Source: Utricularia gibba | Lineage: Eukaryota > Plantae > Magnoliophyta | Direction: 5' to 3' | NCBI GenBank assembly: GCA_002189035.1 | Contig: CM007989.1 | Location: forward strand, 8,246,001 to 8,310,000 | DNA: 64,000 bases | Part shown: piece by piece, positions 25,143-44,335 of the stretch | Position numbering within the stretch: the first letter of the stretch is position 1 | Layout: every line of letters starts with the position of its first letter | Made by a program: the position numbers and the translations under genes | Notes under the pieces: generated by a model | Told to the model about the DNA's origin: nothing | Databases searched by the model: none | Seen by the model: only the letters and a program-made list of their open reading frames with translations

Positions 25143-26351
25143 TTACATGTTGATGGGATGCAGAACGAGTGCTTCTTCATTCCCCATCGATCTCAGCAGC
25201 CTAAGCAACCCTTTCGCTTTAGCTTTGGCTCCGCCGCTGCACTGGCTTTGAAGAAGGAGAAGCAGCTGCGTGAGGATCCCATCAGTGACTGCTTTTTGCC
25301 TTAGAACCTTGGAATGAGAGCAGATGATAAGCAGTGAATTCAGAGCACTTTCGCTTCCTTGATGATTCGAGACTCTGAACACCATGTTCACTATTGCTCT
25401 GATACCCGATTTGTGATCGATGATCATCTCTTTCACGCCTTCGACACTCAGAAGGTTTTCGATTGTCTCCATTGCTACCGGAGCTAAATCGCTTCTGCGC
25501 TGTGTCCCAACTTTGGATAAGTAATCGATCAGCTTCTCTACCGCGCCTTGTTTTGCGATAACTTGCTGGCTTCTTTGCAAAGAAGAGAGTGCTGCAACTG
25601 CTAGAATCCCTGCTTCTGTTGCACCAGAATCTTCATGGATCAGAGGTAGAATGTGATGGATAAGAGAAGAGGAATCAGAGAGCATTTGGCACAGGTCTTG
25701 AGTCTCTGAGTTGAAGACAATCGCTTCAACAAAATGGCACAAGGTTCTCTTCATTGCAATAGTCCCTTGCTCGAACAAAAACAGGAACATTTTGAAGCTG
25801 GATTCTTGCTTCAATGTGTTAAGAGCAGATACATCGCTAAAGGGCAGCAGGATCAAAGCACAATCAAGAGATTTCTCAATCAAGATGAAATTTTCCAGTG
25901 AAGAAACTTCAGCAGAATCTACAAAAATCAATCCCAGAAGAGTCTGAAGGAACCCCAGATCAATCAACACGGAATTCTTGGTGGGTAGTTCCAAGCACAA
26001 GGAAAGAACTTTTTCCAGAACCTTGATCTTGTCTTCGAATGCAGATGTACCAGACTCCAAAACCTGCTTAAACTCAGCAATGGTAGTGATTTCCTTCTCA
26101 TGGGACCCATCAGAATCCTCGACGGCGTTGCAACGAAGCCACTCATCAATCACACGACGAAGCGCATGATTAGGCACCAGTGACAAATCCTGGAGCTCCT
26201 GCATTGTAACAGGACATGTAGTATTCCCTTTTGCGATCCATTTCTCGATCCAGAAACGCTCGTAGGTTTGGCCAGTGCAAAGAGTTACTGGGTCTTTGAG
26301 CAATTCCAAGCTTATGGGGCATCGGAAAAGAGGAGGGACATCCATTTCCAT
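25143..26351 (-). CDS. Intronless U-box/ARM-repeat E3 ubiquitin ligase (PUB)
   Basis: U-box VPPLFRCPISLELLKDPVTLCTGQTYER...CPVTMQEL...LVPNHALRRVIDEW, followed by helical ARM-like repeats ending QCSGGAKAKA. Confidence 0.92.
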   Translation of the reverse strand: MEMDVPPLFRCPISLELLKDPVTLCTGQTYERFWIEKWIAKGNTTCPVTMQELQDLSLVPNHALRRVIDEWLRCNAVEDSDGSHEKEITTIAEFKQVLESGTSAFEDKIKVLEKVLSLCLELPTKNSVLIDLGFLQTLLGLIFVDSAEVSSLENFILIEKSLDCALILLPFSDVSALNTLKQESSFKMFLFLFEQGTIAMKRTLCHFVEAIVFNSETQDLCQMLSDSSSLIHHILPLIHEDSGATEAGILAVAALSSLQRSQQVIAKQGAVEKLIDYLSKVGTQRRSDLAPVAMETIENLLSVEGVKEMIIDHKSGIRAIVNMVFRVSNHQGSESALNSLLIICSHSKVLRQKAVTDGILTQLLLLLQSQCSGGAKAKAKGLLRLLRSMGNEEALVLHPINM

Positions 26352-29003
26352 TACTCCGACGAATCAATTGCCCACGTACTGGACACAATAAAACACCATT
26401 TCAGTTCAATGCGAAAAGAGATTGGGCGAAAACAAAAAACGGACTGTTACGCGGATCATAAAGGACACGAATCTGAGCAGGGGTGATTCAGAATTCAGCA
26501 GATAACAGAAATCTGGGACCTCCGATGCTCCTTGTGGGGAGGACTTCAAATCATTTCAGACAATAACTATTTCCACAAGTTGGGCCTACGATTTCGATTG
26601 CCGGTCAAATACAAACTTGTTGCTTGTCTTTTACCCGCAACGGGGACTACCAGACCAGACCAAACCCACGTTGAATTCAACTTTTTGAACAAATCTCAAG
26701 AAGCATCCATGGCCGCCTGGAATCCACCTCTATACCCATTACGCTCTTTTCTGGTTTGCTAATCCTTATCCGAATCATAACGCGGTTCTAGAAACCCAGA
26801 AATGGATTCGGCCCAAGATTCCATAGCCCTGAAAGCGAACTCCTTCGCAGCCCTATAAAAGGTCAAAATTCCGTACAGGCACATCGGCGTTTGCGCCGGA
26901 GAAACCGCACAGCTCGCCTGCGTTTCCTTATCATGCCTAATTTCTGACGCATCAGCAGCGTAAACATCAAATCCATTTGCTTCTATCAACTATCAGTGAT
27001 CCATGCAGCTATCCTCCCGTCATCGTTGCAATGCGACTCCAGGCTCTATACCCGTTTCTAGATTGCTAATGTGAGCCGCCCTTCCAAGGGAGGGGTGATG
27101 CTAACGTGGACCACCTTATCGTGCGCGATAATATAACGTAGCAGATAACTAATGCTAAAATGCACAGTATCGTGGGCCACATCGTAACGGGCTCCTGAGG
27201 TCGGTTGTACGGAACCATTTGGTCCAAATGGTAACAGACTGAAAAGCCCACACGGGCCCTGCTGATCTTCCTTGTGAATCCCAGTTTCCTTCAACGGTCT
27301 ATCGTCTCCTTTCTGCAGATCCAAGGCAACTACTGTCAGTGATCTCCTGAGGTCGGTTTCCATATTGTTTTCAGGGGATTTCTGTGAAGGGGAGTTTGGA
27401 AGTGGCTTAAGTTTTGTGAAGAAATGGTGAAGCTTTCCGCACCCAGTTGCGTGAAACGTGGAAGCAAGTAAAGTGTTGCTTTTAATCTCATTTCAGCAAG
27501 TGCGATCTTGGTAGATGCGGTTATGATCAATCGGTTGTGTTGCTCTACTAAATGCGCGTGTGTTTGGTTTAAAACTTGGAATATTAGTTGCTGATTTTCC
27601 TAGAAGTAAAAGAATCATGGCGAACAGGATATTGTTTTATATGCTCCTTTACGCTTTAGAGGGCAAAAACAAATGTCGAGAATTAAATGAGGGAAAGAAC
27701 TGCTGGACAGGGTGCAGAAGACCGTAGAGCTGGACAGAGTATGGGAACTGAAAGCCGGAGGACATTTGGTTAAAGAATGGCAACAGAGGACTGCTGTGCT
27801 TGGATCATGGAAACCCGACCCGCACTTCTCAGATGGATTGAATCTTAGCTTCCCCTTCTTGTTATCATTTTTTTCTGATTACAGGCAATGTGAAGACTGA
27901 ATATTGGTGCTAGACTCTATTAAGTCTCTTCCTATTATACAAATACCAACTCAGAAAGTTGTATCTCTGCCCATAACAGGAGGCGAATTTTAAATTGCCG
28001 CCCAACAAGTAGATCTGGGAATCCTTCCCTGTGGCTGACAACTTCAGAAAGCAACCAACTTGTTTCATGCCTATGCCCAAATTTGTGGACAGGGAACCAA
28101 GACCCCCACCCCCTCCCTCCTTTTTATTTGCAGGTTCTGGTCATGGTGCCTTATCCTCCAAAAAAAAAAAGACCCTTCATTGCATCGGATACCCAACTAT
28201 CTATCAAGTACTTGTCAGTGGTGACTCTTACGAAAGAATGAGGTAACGCCCTGGGGTCTTTGTTTGGCCTGTAGCTTCTTAATGGATAACTCATGGACTG
28301 CTACTTTGTGGCACATCTCATCCCAAGCTTTGGATCTCTCCTTTACACGCCTTCACCAACTTTTGGTCTGGTGGCGACTCATTGTCCTGACCTGAACACA
28401 CCATGCTGTCCCACGTTTATACGAATCTGGTAAATTTTTTCTTTACCGTAAATGGAGGAGCAGAAGTTGATGACTGTAGCAGTAGAGGCTGCTGAGATTT
28501 ACTGGTGTAGTGTGATAGATCATGAATGAAGTTCTTTATGTGAATGACACCTGATCTTCTGGCCAGGGCAAGTCAACTTAGGAAATGAGATTTCAGCACC
28601 TGCTCATAGGACATAACCGGATACCAAATTCTGGACAGTTTTGAAGGGTTAAATCATGGGGTTTGTGGATCGAGACTATCTGCTCCACTGCATTTCAAAG
28701 ACACGCAGTGGTGTTCTTAAAGTTTTACTTTTTACCGCATGGTTTTGATTCAGGGCAGTAAAATTGGAAAACGAACTTTCTTGTAGTGTTTTAGGGGGAG
28801 TGTTCAAGTGTAGTGGATAAAAAGCCTTCTGCTTTATTGGTCTCTGTATCCACAGTTTTTCATCGGTCTTAACTTCAGCACTTATTCTCTTATAGGGTTA
28901 GATAACTTTTTTTTTTTTTACTGCGGTAGAAAAAACAAGGCCAATTAAAGTGGATCAGATTGCACATACACAACAACAGCAGAACGGTAACAATTCATGG
29001 GAT

Positions 29004-29873
29004 TTACAGATAAGGATGGTGGCGTCCATGGCTCCAACCAAGAGATGCTTCGCTGTTCATTTGCGCCGTGCCGCCATTGGCAAGAAAATTCTGGATATTG
29101 TGAGCTTCTTGATTACCGGCAGAAGGGTCGCTCTTACCACTGTGCTGCACCGCCGTCTCTGTCCCGCCGCTGTCCTCGTCTTCAATCGGCAGCCGCTCGT
29201 AAGTAGCGTTTGTGAACGTGGAGGCGATTACCAGGACTGGCCCAACTGCAGTCAAAGAGCCCACCACGCTTCCGCCGACGACTTGCCCCTGTCCGGCGGA
29301 TAAGTACACCGTGAGTCCGGTGGCTCCCGGCGGCGCCGGCCCCGGAAGAAACGAGCCAGTGAGGGAGAGAATCTCGTAAGTTCCCTGAAGAGACATTACG
29401 GCTCCGGGAGCCGAGGGCTGACGGATGGCGACGTTCGCAACTGTTCCATTTGCGCAGAGAACGCAAACCCCCTTTTGTCTTCTCATGGCGTAGTGGGCGA
29501 TGGAATCAGCGATATCTTTTCCGTCGGCGACTTCCAAAACGTAGCTGCAGAGCGCATTCGGGCTGTCCCTGGTGACGAAAATCGGCGGTTTAGGCTTGTT
29601 TTTCGATCCCGGCGGCCTCCCTCTTGCGCGGCGTGTGGGCATATCCATGGCACCTTCTTTCGGCTCATCGCTATGTCCTCTTTCTTCCTCTTCATCCCTA
29701 CCACCGCCGTCGTTCATAGACATACTCAGATTTGGGCTCTTGACGGAGCAGCCGAACGGTTGCCTCATGGATATCGCAAGATCGGGTTTCATGGTCAAAG
29801 AAGACGAGGACAAGTCACCCCCCGCCTCCCCGGCCGAAAAACCCACATCCTTGGTCCACCACCGGTTCGCCAT
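29004..29873 (-). CDS. Intronless clade A AT-hook motif nuclear-localized protein (AHL15/19/20-like)
   Basis: MANRWW start, AT-hook [23 protein letters not shown]296 domain ([41 protein letters not shown]). Confidence 0.93.
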   Translation of the reverse strand: MANRWWTKDVGFSAGEAGGDLSSSSLTMKPDLAISMRQPFGCSVKSPNLSMSMNDGGGRDEEEERGHSDEPKEGAMDMPTRRARGRPPGSKNKPKPPIFVTRDSPNALCSYVLEVADGKDIADSIAHYAMRRQKGVCVLCANGTVANVAIRQPSAPGAVMSLQGTYEILSLTGSFLPGPAPPGATGLTVYLSAGQGQVVGGSVVGSLTAVGPVLVIASTFTNATYERLPIEDEDSGGTETAVQHSGKSDPSAGNQEAHNIQNFLANGGTAQMNSEASLGWSHGRHHPYL

Positions 29874-31696
29874 GAATCAAAAGCAAGCTGGAAGAAGATG
29901 TACCAAGACAAGTAGAAAACAAGTTAAATCGATCGGGCTTTTCCAACTGAGAGTTGAAAAAATAAAAGAAAGCAAAAAGACAGAGAAGGCAGAGTTGCAG
30001 CGATGACTAAGGGGGAGAAAATGAAAACGCAGAGAGAAGAGAAAACCTACCAGTGAAGATAAATAGGGCCGGGCTTTCGGTTCTTGGTGGTGGGTTAGCT
30101 ACTGGTTCAAAGTTATGGGCGCTTCTCCGCTGTGTCGTCCTCTTCCAAGCTGCCCCTCCCGCCGATCCAGGCCCCGCCTTCACTTCTCAGCTTAGAATGC
30201 AACTCCGATCATCTCCTTCGCCTGATTTGGTTCAGAGGAAGGCAGGCACTGTGTTGGTCGCCGTGCCGACTGTGTTCCAATGCACCTGGTCAGTCAAAGT
30301 CCTTACCTCAGACACCGCACACGCACCCACAGTCAGCTACTATTAAATTCCTAGATACCATCACACGTATGCATTTTTGTAATATTCAAAAAAATTCAAA
30401 ATAATGATTCACTATGAAAGTACTGTCTACCACAATATTTTAACTGCCCAGAAAAAAATTCAAAAAATATCCACGATATGTATATAATATTATCAACTTT
30501 TATATCTAATTCTCCCATATGTCACGATTCATGTTCTTCTTATATCAATTATTCATTTTGGACATTTAATTCTTATAGTTCTATATTATATTTTTATAAT
30601 AAAAAATTTTCGTACAAAATTATAATGATACTTAATTAACATAGAATATTCTCAAAAGACTGATGGACTTATGTTAAGCATTTGAATAATGATTTTTAAA
30701 CATTAATTTATCATCTAAAAGAAAATTAATTACTAAGGATATCTTTGGTAACTCTTTTATATAGTTTTCATAAAATTTTGGTTATAGTGATAATCACTTT
30801 TATAAAAAAAAATCTAAAAAATGTTAAAATATGATAGGGAGATTAAAAGTAAAGAGTGATGAAATGTTATTTAAAGAAAATATTTAACTTCTCACCAAAA
30901 GTATACTTTAATAATTCCACTACTAGCTAGCTACCATATATACTAGAAGATTCTACCTTTATCCTTGAGAGGTGGACCAATGTTAAGGGGTTTTTTGTAA
31001 ATCAGTATTTTTAAATAAAAATGAATCTTAGGTAACATTGTAAAGAAATAAATGCGATAATATGTACAAGATTGGTATTTTATACTTTATATTTAAATGT
31101 ATAAATTAATTTATGAATTATCAATTGATACAAGTATAAAGAAACTAATATATTTCATGGTTGAAGCTAATATAAATGAATAATTAGTTTTTAAATAATT
31201 CAAAAAATTGTATATCAGTAAAATTTTATAATTAAAATTAAGCATATTCAACTTTTATTTTTTAAAAATAAAAAATGTATTCAACTTGAATGTTCTCAAG
31301 TGAAATGTGTTTTTAGCTGTAAATTAATTAATTATTTTTTGAGAAAAGAATTTTGAAGCTATATTAGTGAGTTTATATAATGTGCAATTTTTAAAAATAT
31401 TATTATTATATTGTTGTGGGCTTATTGATTTAGGAGCAAGAAGCCCACTTTTAGTAAACGGTTTGGGCTGTTAAGCCTTTTATTGATCCAATAGCGGCCC
31501 ATTTATATGTGCAGAGTGTTGAGATGGGAACTGGGCGTCAATCAAGTGTCGGTTTGCAGTGCTCGTCGTTCCGACAAGGGCTAACCTTCTGGTGGGGTGA
31601 TCGGAATACGGCGGTTTCGTTTCAGCTGGAGGAAAGGATCGTTCCTGGAGTTGCGCCATTCTTGAATTGATTGTATCTGGGTTGAAAAAAGAATAA

Positions 31697-35146
<3,450 letters not shown>

Positions 35147-35784
35147 GTTAGGCGGCGTTCGATACATTGTGAAAGTGTCAGTATGGAGAGACTGGAAATT
35201 GGGATCTCTGGTCCACGAAAGGCCAAGCTTCAAAGAAGTGATGAATATCATGCAGCGCCCTCCCTGACCAGGTGCACTTCGGACAGACAATGTAATGCAA
35301 TTTGGACAAGGAATGTTCTTTTATTACATCTTCCTTCTAAAAGCCTGGGGCCTGATACTTTTTATTTTAATTTGATATATTATCTATTAGTAATATTTTA
35401 AAATATTACGTAAAATATAATTGCAAACATTAAATTAAATACATGATAATTAATATTTTTTAAAATAATATTATTTATAAAAACACATTCATATTTTTTA
35501 AAATTATTTATTTTTATCAATACTATAAAACAAGCAAATAAGAAATGGACTGGGCTTCTTCCTCTGGAGCCCTAAATTTTTGAAAGGCTTTTAATTTGGA
35601 ACGTTAATATGATCTTTTGAGTTCAATCCAGTGATGAAATATCGCGTGCGTAGCCCAGCCCATGAATGTCTCTTGAGCGCCGTTCGATCGGCATACGCTT
35701 TATGGCGTTAATTAGGCGGCCGGTGGAGTATCGTCGTGAAGAGAACTGAGGAATGCTGGTTTCCGGCGGCTCATTTTCCTGAAA

Positions 35785-38700
35785 ATGCCGTTTGCTTCGA
35801 AAATTGTGAAGCAATTGGATTATAGCAGATTTTCTTCGAACCACCCCATCGTTATCGACAACGGCGGATCCTACTTCCGGATAGGGTAATTCCTTGGGAA
35901 GTTTGGCTGACTTCTTTCGGTTTTAGCTGTGTATATTGATTTCTTCTTATGTATCTGTTTGTGTGCTTCTGAGTTGTTGGTTTTTGCAGATGGGCTGGAG
36001 AGAAGGATCCCCGGGTTTATTTCAGGAGTCTTATTCAGAGACCTCGCCATAAGATAACAGGTGCTGTGCTGTTACATTGGGGTTTCTTTATTGGAGTTCC
36101 TGCCTGCCATGCAGCATTGGTAGTATGTAGATGTTCGATGAATGGATAAAACACCAAATTGTCTTTTTTTGGGGGGAAACTGAAGGAATTGACTACTAAA
36201 AAGGGAGAGTGCAGCAATATGTTTTTTCAGCCATGTAGTGCTCTAGCTTCTAGTAGCTTTTTCGTTCGGTTGTGGCGAATGATCTTGTTTTGTTGTGTCA
36301 ATGCTGGTGAATGTGTCGAAAGTCGTAGCTTTCAAAGCACCCTGAACAAGAACATTCTTTGGTCCCTTTGTTTTTTTCATGGCCCCTGTACCACACCTCT
36401 GATCAATGTTTTTTTTCTCTTTCTTATAGGGGAAACTATGACAATTGTTGGGGATCATGATCCTGCTTTAATGAAGTTATTTGACTGCACGAGGTCAGGA
36501 CCTCGCTCCGCATTCGATGTCAATGTGGTGTATCAATTTGAAATAATGGAATATGTAAGGCTGAAGATCATGGTTTCAATTATTTTCCCGCTTCCTTTGT
36601 GGGCCTGATTATGTGTGCGGTTGCTCAATACCTCTGCTTGTTCAGGATGCATTCCGCTATTGCGAAATGCTCTGTTTGTATTGCTTTTCTATGATTGTCC
36701 CATTTTCATTTTCCTTTTCTCGTACGTGCAACTGTAGATCCTTGACTTCGGATTTGATCGGTTGGGGGCTGATCAGTCGCAGGTTTGCATTCTTTTTTTC
36801 TCATCTGCCATTTGAATGTTTTTATGTAAGGACACTGAACTTGACAAGGAGTTACTTCTCCGGAAGATGAGTGGTTGAACTCTTCCTGGAGCTCCTTGTC
36901 ATGGATTGTCCTTGAAATCCATGGTTTTAATTTTTGGCTCATTGGATTCATCCAAAGAATCTTTTATAATTTTTTTTAATTGTTCAAAAGCAGATTAATC
37001 ACCCTGTCTTGATTACTGAGTGCCCATGTAACCCAGTTCAGTCTCGAAGTAAAATGGCTGAACTCCTTTTTGAGACTTATGGAGCACCATCGATTGGTAA
37101 TTTTTTTTTCCCTGGTTTCATGGGATCTGTAATTTTTTTACAGCTTCATGTTTGGTCTGCGAATATTTTTCAGCTTTTGGTGTTGATGCTGCGTTTAGCT
37201 ACAAGTACAATCAACAATTGGGCATTTGCTCTAATGACGGTCTTGCAGTTTGCTCTGGTTTCAGTACCATCCACGCAATACCAGTACGGTGTGCTGGATT
37301 GAAAGTTGTTTATCATTTTGATAAAATGAAGATTTTTCCTCCATATTACCTGTGACTTTATTTACATTGGCATTCAATTTCAGTTTTTCAGTGGAGAACC
37401 TGTGTATGAAGCATGTTGCCGGACCAATGTTGGTGGATATCATGTCACAGATTATCTCAAGCAGCTTCTTTCTCTGAAATACCCTCATCACATGTAGGCT
37501 TAATACAAGATTATTCTCCAGAGGATGGAAATGTGAGTTATACTGTTTGTTGCACTAAAACATCTATATGAACTAGGTCTCAGTTTACATGGGAAAAGGT
37601 TGAAGATCTGAAGAGAGAGCACTGTTATATTGCTCCTGAATATGGATCAGAAGTTAAACTTTTTCAGGTACTCTCATGTCTAGTAAATAACTTATGAGGT
37701 CTTGCTCTCCCCGTATTCTCTTTTACCTCACTGGAAAGTATTACCTCAGAAAGGAGATAAGGAAGCTGAAGAAAAGAAAAGGTGTTGGCAGATTCCTTGG
37801 ACACCCCCACCAGCTGAGGAAGTCCCGTCAGAGGAAGAAATTGCTAGGAAGGCTGCGTTGAAAGAGAAGCAAGTTCAAAGAATGAAGGAGATGGCTGAAG
37901 CCAAGAGGTTCAATAGAATAAATGACCTTGAAAATGAACTGAGGGAGTTAGAGATGCTGTTGCGTCAGCTTGGACTGACAAGAGACGAAGAGGAGATTCC
38001 TTTGATCCTGGAAAATACTGTTTATACATCCAAACAGGATGTAGAGTCTGCCTACGCCAAGGTCATGCAATCTTTGCGAAAAGCGAAAGGTGAACCTGTT
38101 GAAACCAATGAGAAGACAGATCTTTCTGCTGAGAAATACAATTTGATTAACGTTCCAGATGACATGCTGACCCCAGAGCAGGTTCCTTGATTTGTGACTA
38201 TTAGTTCTCTCTTGTCCTTACTTGATTGCTTTCGATTTTTGGTATTTCACTTTCTAATTGAGGCTCTTTCGTGCCTGTGATGATTTTTGAAATGTTCTAA
38301 TTTCTTGTTTCTTGACAGATAAGGCAAAAGAGGAAGCAGCTAGCATTTAAAAACATGTCAGATGGGAGGCAACTGAAAAAACAGAAGCAGTTTGAAGAGG
38401 AATTAGAGAGGGAAAGACAGAAGAAATTAGAGGAAGAAAAGCGCTTGTATGTCACAAAAACTATTCTAACACTGAAATTATTCCCAAATTTTTTAAATTT
38501 TGCTTTCAATACAATTGTTAAGTGACTATGTTGATCAGTATCATCTCATATGTTTTTCCATGATTTTATAAGAGAGAATCCCCAGCAGTATTTGGAGGAG
38601 CTGCGTGCAAAGCATAGAGATCTATCAGAGAAGGTGGAGCAACAACGAAAATCCAAGACAAATGGTGTGTATGCCACTGGAAACCATAACGCTTCTGGAG

Positions 38701-39531
38701 GTGTTGGTCGTGAAGAAAGGTTGAATCCCTTGCAGAGGGAGAGGATGCGTCTCCTGGCCTCGGCAGCCTTTGATCGGGGCAAGGGAGAGGATACATTTGG
38801 TGCCAAGGATGAGGATTGGCAACTGTACAAGCTTATGAGTCGTGACAATGATGATGACGATGATGATGATGATCAGCAAGATGAAGATGAAGCAGAGCTA
38901 GCCCGACTCTCATCCAGACTCCAGGTGAGTCTCTTCTCTGCAGATGCTGTAAACTCTTTTACAGCATATGCTCCAGTTTAAGAAACTAACTATCTGCATG
39001 ATCTATAATTCTGGTTTCTAAATTTGCTTACAGGAAATTGATCCTACCTATTTCAACCTGGAACTGGTCTCCAACTCCACAGAGGCACCTTCTTTTCGTC
39101 CTGTAACAAAAGAAGATTTTCAGATTATTCTTGGAGTTGAGAGGTTTCGTTGCCCGGAGATTCTCTTCAATCCCAACTTGATTGGCATAGAACAAGCAGG
39201 TTTAGATGAAATGGTTGGCATTTCGTTGAGGAGGTTGCCTGATGTAAACGAAGGCCTGGAAGATCGGATGACCAGTTCAATCCTCCTAACCGGTGGAAGC
39301 TGCCTTTTTCCTGGACTCCCAGAACGCTTGGAAGCAGGAATACGAATGATTCGACCCTGTGGAACTCCCATAAAAATTTTCAAAGCCTCAGATCCTGTTC
39401 TAGACGCCTGGCGTGGAGCTTCTGCTTATGCTGCAGGTGGCCAATTTCTTGACCATACTTTTAGTAGGATGGATTATTATGAAAAGGGTGAAGACTGGCT
39501 TCGGGACTACCAGCTCAGGTACACCATTTGA
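35785..39531 (+). CDS. ARP5: Actin-related protein 5 (INO80 subunit), multi-exon
   Basis: PIVIDNGGSYFRIGWAGE, YQFEIMEY, HPVLITECPCNPVQSRSKMAELLFETYG, charged insertion, LGVERFRCPEILFNP, SILLTGGSCLFPG, WRGAS. Confidence 0.93.
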
Positions 39532-40305
39532 TTTGCATGACCTGCTAAATGCTTCCTTCCTGACCTTGTTCTGAACACCCAAAAAATGGAGATGGTGATT
39601 CACAGCACCCTGTATTATTGCCCCATCTGTAATCTTATTGCTCTAATCACACAGAAACCTGTTAGTTCTTCTGTGGAATGGATTTCTTACTGACCCAAGA
39701 GCTGTGTTCAATATGCATTCTCATGTCTTCTTTTGAGCATGCAAAGATTCCCACACAGCTTAGCAGGAGAGGACACGTTGTCCCGGGTGGCAAATGACTT
39801 AATTACCCCTTATCTAAAATCGATACCTACAGTTTTAAAATCAGATAAAATTGATTCTTGTAAAATTAATCTTCACTATTTCAATAAATAATTATAAAAA
39901 TATTCTCTATTATTTTTCAAAATATCAAAATTGATTATTATAATCAAATCTTAATTTTATTCCTTGCAAGAAAATAATGGAATAAAATTGATCTATAGTG
40001 TTCCAAAAACCCAACCCCCGACAGAGTTTTGCGTTGGCCCATTGGGTTTTCCTGTCTGGTGTTCTTACATGTGGATCCCCCCCAACACTTTTTATTACTT
40101 TTTTTATGCACGTGTGAGATATAGCTTCTGAATAAAGAATATTATTGTTTTAGGAATAAAAAAATATCTTGATGGATGGATGCTGACATGACAATTTTAG
40201 GAAAATACTAAATATCTTGTCCGAATGTGTTCACGCTAGTGGATTGGTAGCCGTTGAGCGCAGAGACGAAGACATGAACTGAATCCAAGAATAGGCGTAA
40301 GGTAA

Positions 40306-41843
<1,538 letters not shown>

Positions 41844-42199
41844 GAAATCAAGACCCAAAAAACAGAACCTTGGCTCCAGAATCACAATAAAGAAGAACCG
41901 ATTTTTTAGCTTTTAGGGAGCCCTGTCTCGCTCCTGATACCCCTTTTCCTGCAATAAAATGGTTAAGATTGAGGAACTTGATGTATGTTATTTTAAATCC
42001 TAAATTAATGAATTGGATTCAGAATTGTTCTTTAGTGTATATCAATAAAATCAATAAGAAACATGAATGGTAACAGGGCTTTGGGTCCAGCTCTGGAGGA
42101 GTACATGATGTTCTCCTCTGCCACTTTCGCAATGGTTGAACCCTTCGGCCTGGCTCCATATATTCTCAAATGAAGTCCCTCGTACCAGTCTTTGAAATT

Positions 42200-44150
42200 T
42201 GATCTTCTCCTTTCACATTTAGGCATTCTCTGATGAAACTACACCTTGTCTCATTGTGTTTACTGCTTCCATACATCATCAGGTTTTTTCCAACAGTAAT
42301 TGTAGACTTATTATCCATCATCATCTTTGTTAGTTCAGCTTGAGAATAATCAAGATTTTGTAGCAGATGCCTTAGCCAAAGTCCATTCTTGCTTCTTTCT
42401 TCATATGACATACGTTCTATATCAAGAAAGAGACAAAATTCAGAATAGCCACATTTCATAAGATGCAGGAGATGTCTTCTCATAAATATCTCTTTTTCCT
42501 GGTAGACAACTTTTGACTCACTCCCACAGCTTGTATCCGTTTGTTCAGAACACTGGAGAGACATCATTGGGAGTAGTTACTGGTAGTTGTCCTCTTTCAA
42601 TTGGCTCCATATATTTGTCCAATAAATGGATGGAGTACCAACCATTGTCATTTTCCGTCCAAACATGAATGGTGAAACACGACACCTCGTGGTGTCTTTA
42701 TCAAATACCACATCTGGACTTAACTAATACTACTTGCCTTTTTTTTTTCAGGATTAAACAGCGTGTATGATTTGGATGTTTGATCATACTCGTCCAAGAT
42801 CTATTTTCTTGTTTGCATATGCATGTAAGCAATGCAACCAAAGATTCTCAGATGAGAGACATCTGGATCTCAAACTAAGCTTCTTGTGTGTTTTTCCAGG
42901 AACATTTCTTCTAGTACACCTATAGAAGATAAACAGCAGTAACAACAGCATTTCCCCATAGTTCTTTAGATACATTCTTCCTTCTAATCATGCTTCCCAT
43001 CATGTTCATCACCATCCTATTTTTTTTTTTTTTTATCTTTGCCACAACATTTTTCTAGGATGTTCATGCAGAAGTAGGAGACCCTTGCGTATTCCAATTT
43101 CTTCACAGAATTGAACAAACTGATTTGAAGTGAATTCTCTACCCTGATCTGTTCTTAGAGCTTTGATCTGTAAACCACTTCCCCTATCAGCCATAGATTG
43201 AATCTGTCCTTGGCCCTTTTGAGGAAGGTACTTCTTATTCTGTGAATATACTTCATAACCTCTCTCCAATAAAAATGTCTTTCATTCCGGGAACAAGTTG
43301 AACGTCTGAAATAGTTTTGTGACTGGAAAGGGTAAGTTCCAGAGCTATTGAACCTTTTCCTGCCACTTTTATTTCGGAAGAGTCACCAAGTGTAGTACTT
43401 GCACACGAGTCTCATTAAGTGGCTAAAACATATTTCTGGCACCCCAATCCTAATACCATTTCTGGTACACATCTGGATTTTTATCTTCCTCATATGCCAC
43501 CAGCAGTACAGGCTGTTGTTCTTCCTTGGGTTCCTCTTCAGAAAAATTAGACTGATGATTTCTAGCATTGCTCCTGCAGTCCCATGATAATGCCTTTTTT
43601 TTTCTGACAAGAATGACATTCCACACTCGATTTATCTATCATTCCTTGATGCATTAGAACCAGTATAAGAGCCTCTGGATTTCCAACTGCCTCTCTCCCT
43701 AGTATTCCACCTTCCTCTACCGCCTTCAAAAGGGGATTCATAAGCTTTCCCCTGTGCTTCATTTCTATCATAATTTCAACCTCCACCACGGATCTTTCAC
43801 ATGGTTCTTTCTTTCTGGCACTCTAACTACATAATCTGAGACAAAATCCCCTGGCTTTTGCTTCGTAGTTCTCAATTTCGCCTCTCAACGTCTGCATCCT
43901 TACCCTTTTCACACGGTCCACACCTTGAAAGAAAGCTCTCAACATATCCCATTCTTGCTTAAGCATGGTCCATTAGTGGCTGTTGCCATCCATCCTGGCA
44001 TTCTGTCATTTATAAATCAATGCCAAGGCCTTCCTCTCCTTCTCCTGTATCTGTTATGGCTGGTGTAGTGGTGATTACCTCCATCACTTACTAAGCTCCA
44101 ATTTTCATAATTCTCCACGGTTAACATTGGAACTCTGAGTGTACCATTGT
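42200..44150 (-). mobile_element. Degenerate, internally deleted Ty1/copia LTR retrotransposon
   Basis: Minus-strand fragments in copia order: gag (QTLRGEIEN, zinc-knuckle remnant VECHSCQKK), integrase (IKALRTDQGREFTSNQFVQFCEEIGI), RNase H (LWLRHLL, DNKSTI, SKH). PBS-like TGGTACACTCAGAG follows a CAACA LTR-like end at 44148. Confidence 0.85.
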
Positions 44151-44335
44151 TGGGCCGTACGACCGTAGATAGCTGTGGTACCACTTTGATGGAGGGTTTT
44201 AATGTTCAGCAAGGTTGATGAGGCTCTGCACACCGAGAGTTCCTTTGAAATTCTGCTTCAACTTTTTGGATGACTTTTGCAGTTGAATTTCGTTATTTTA
44301 TGGTTTGGCGGAGTTGGGGGTTTGGAATTAGAAAA

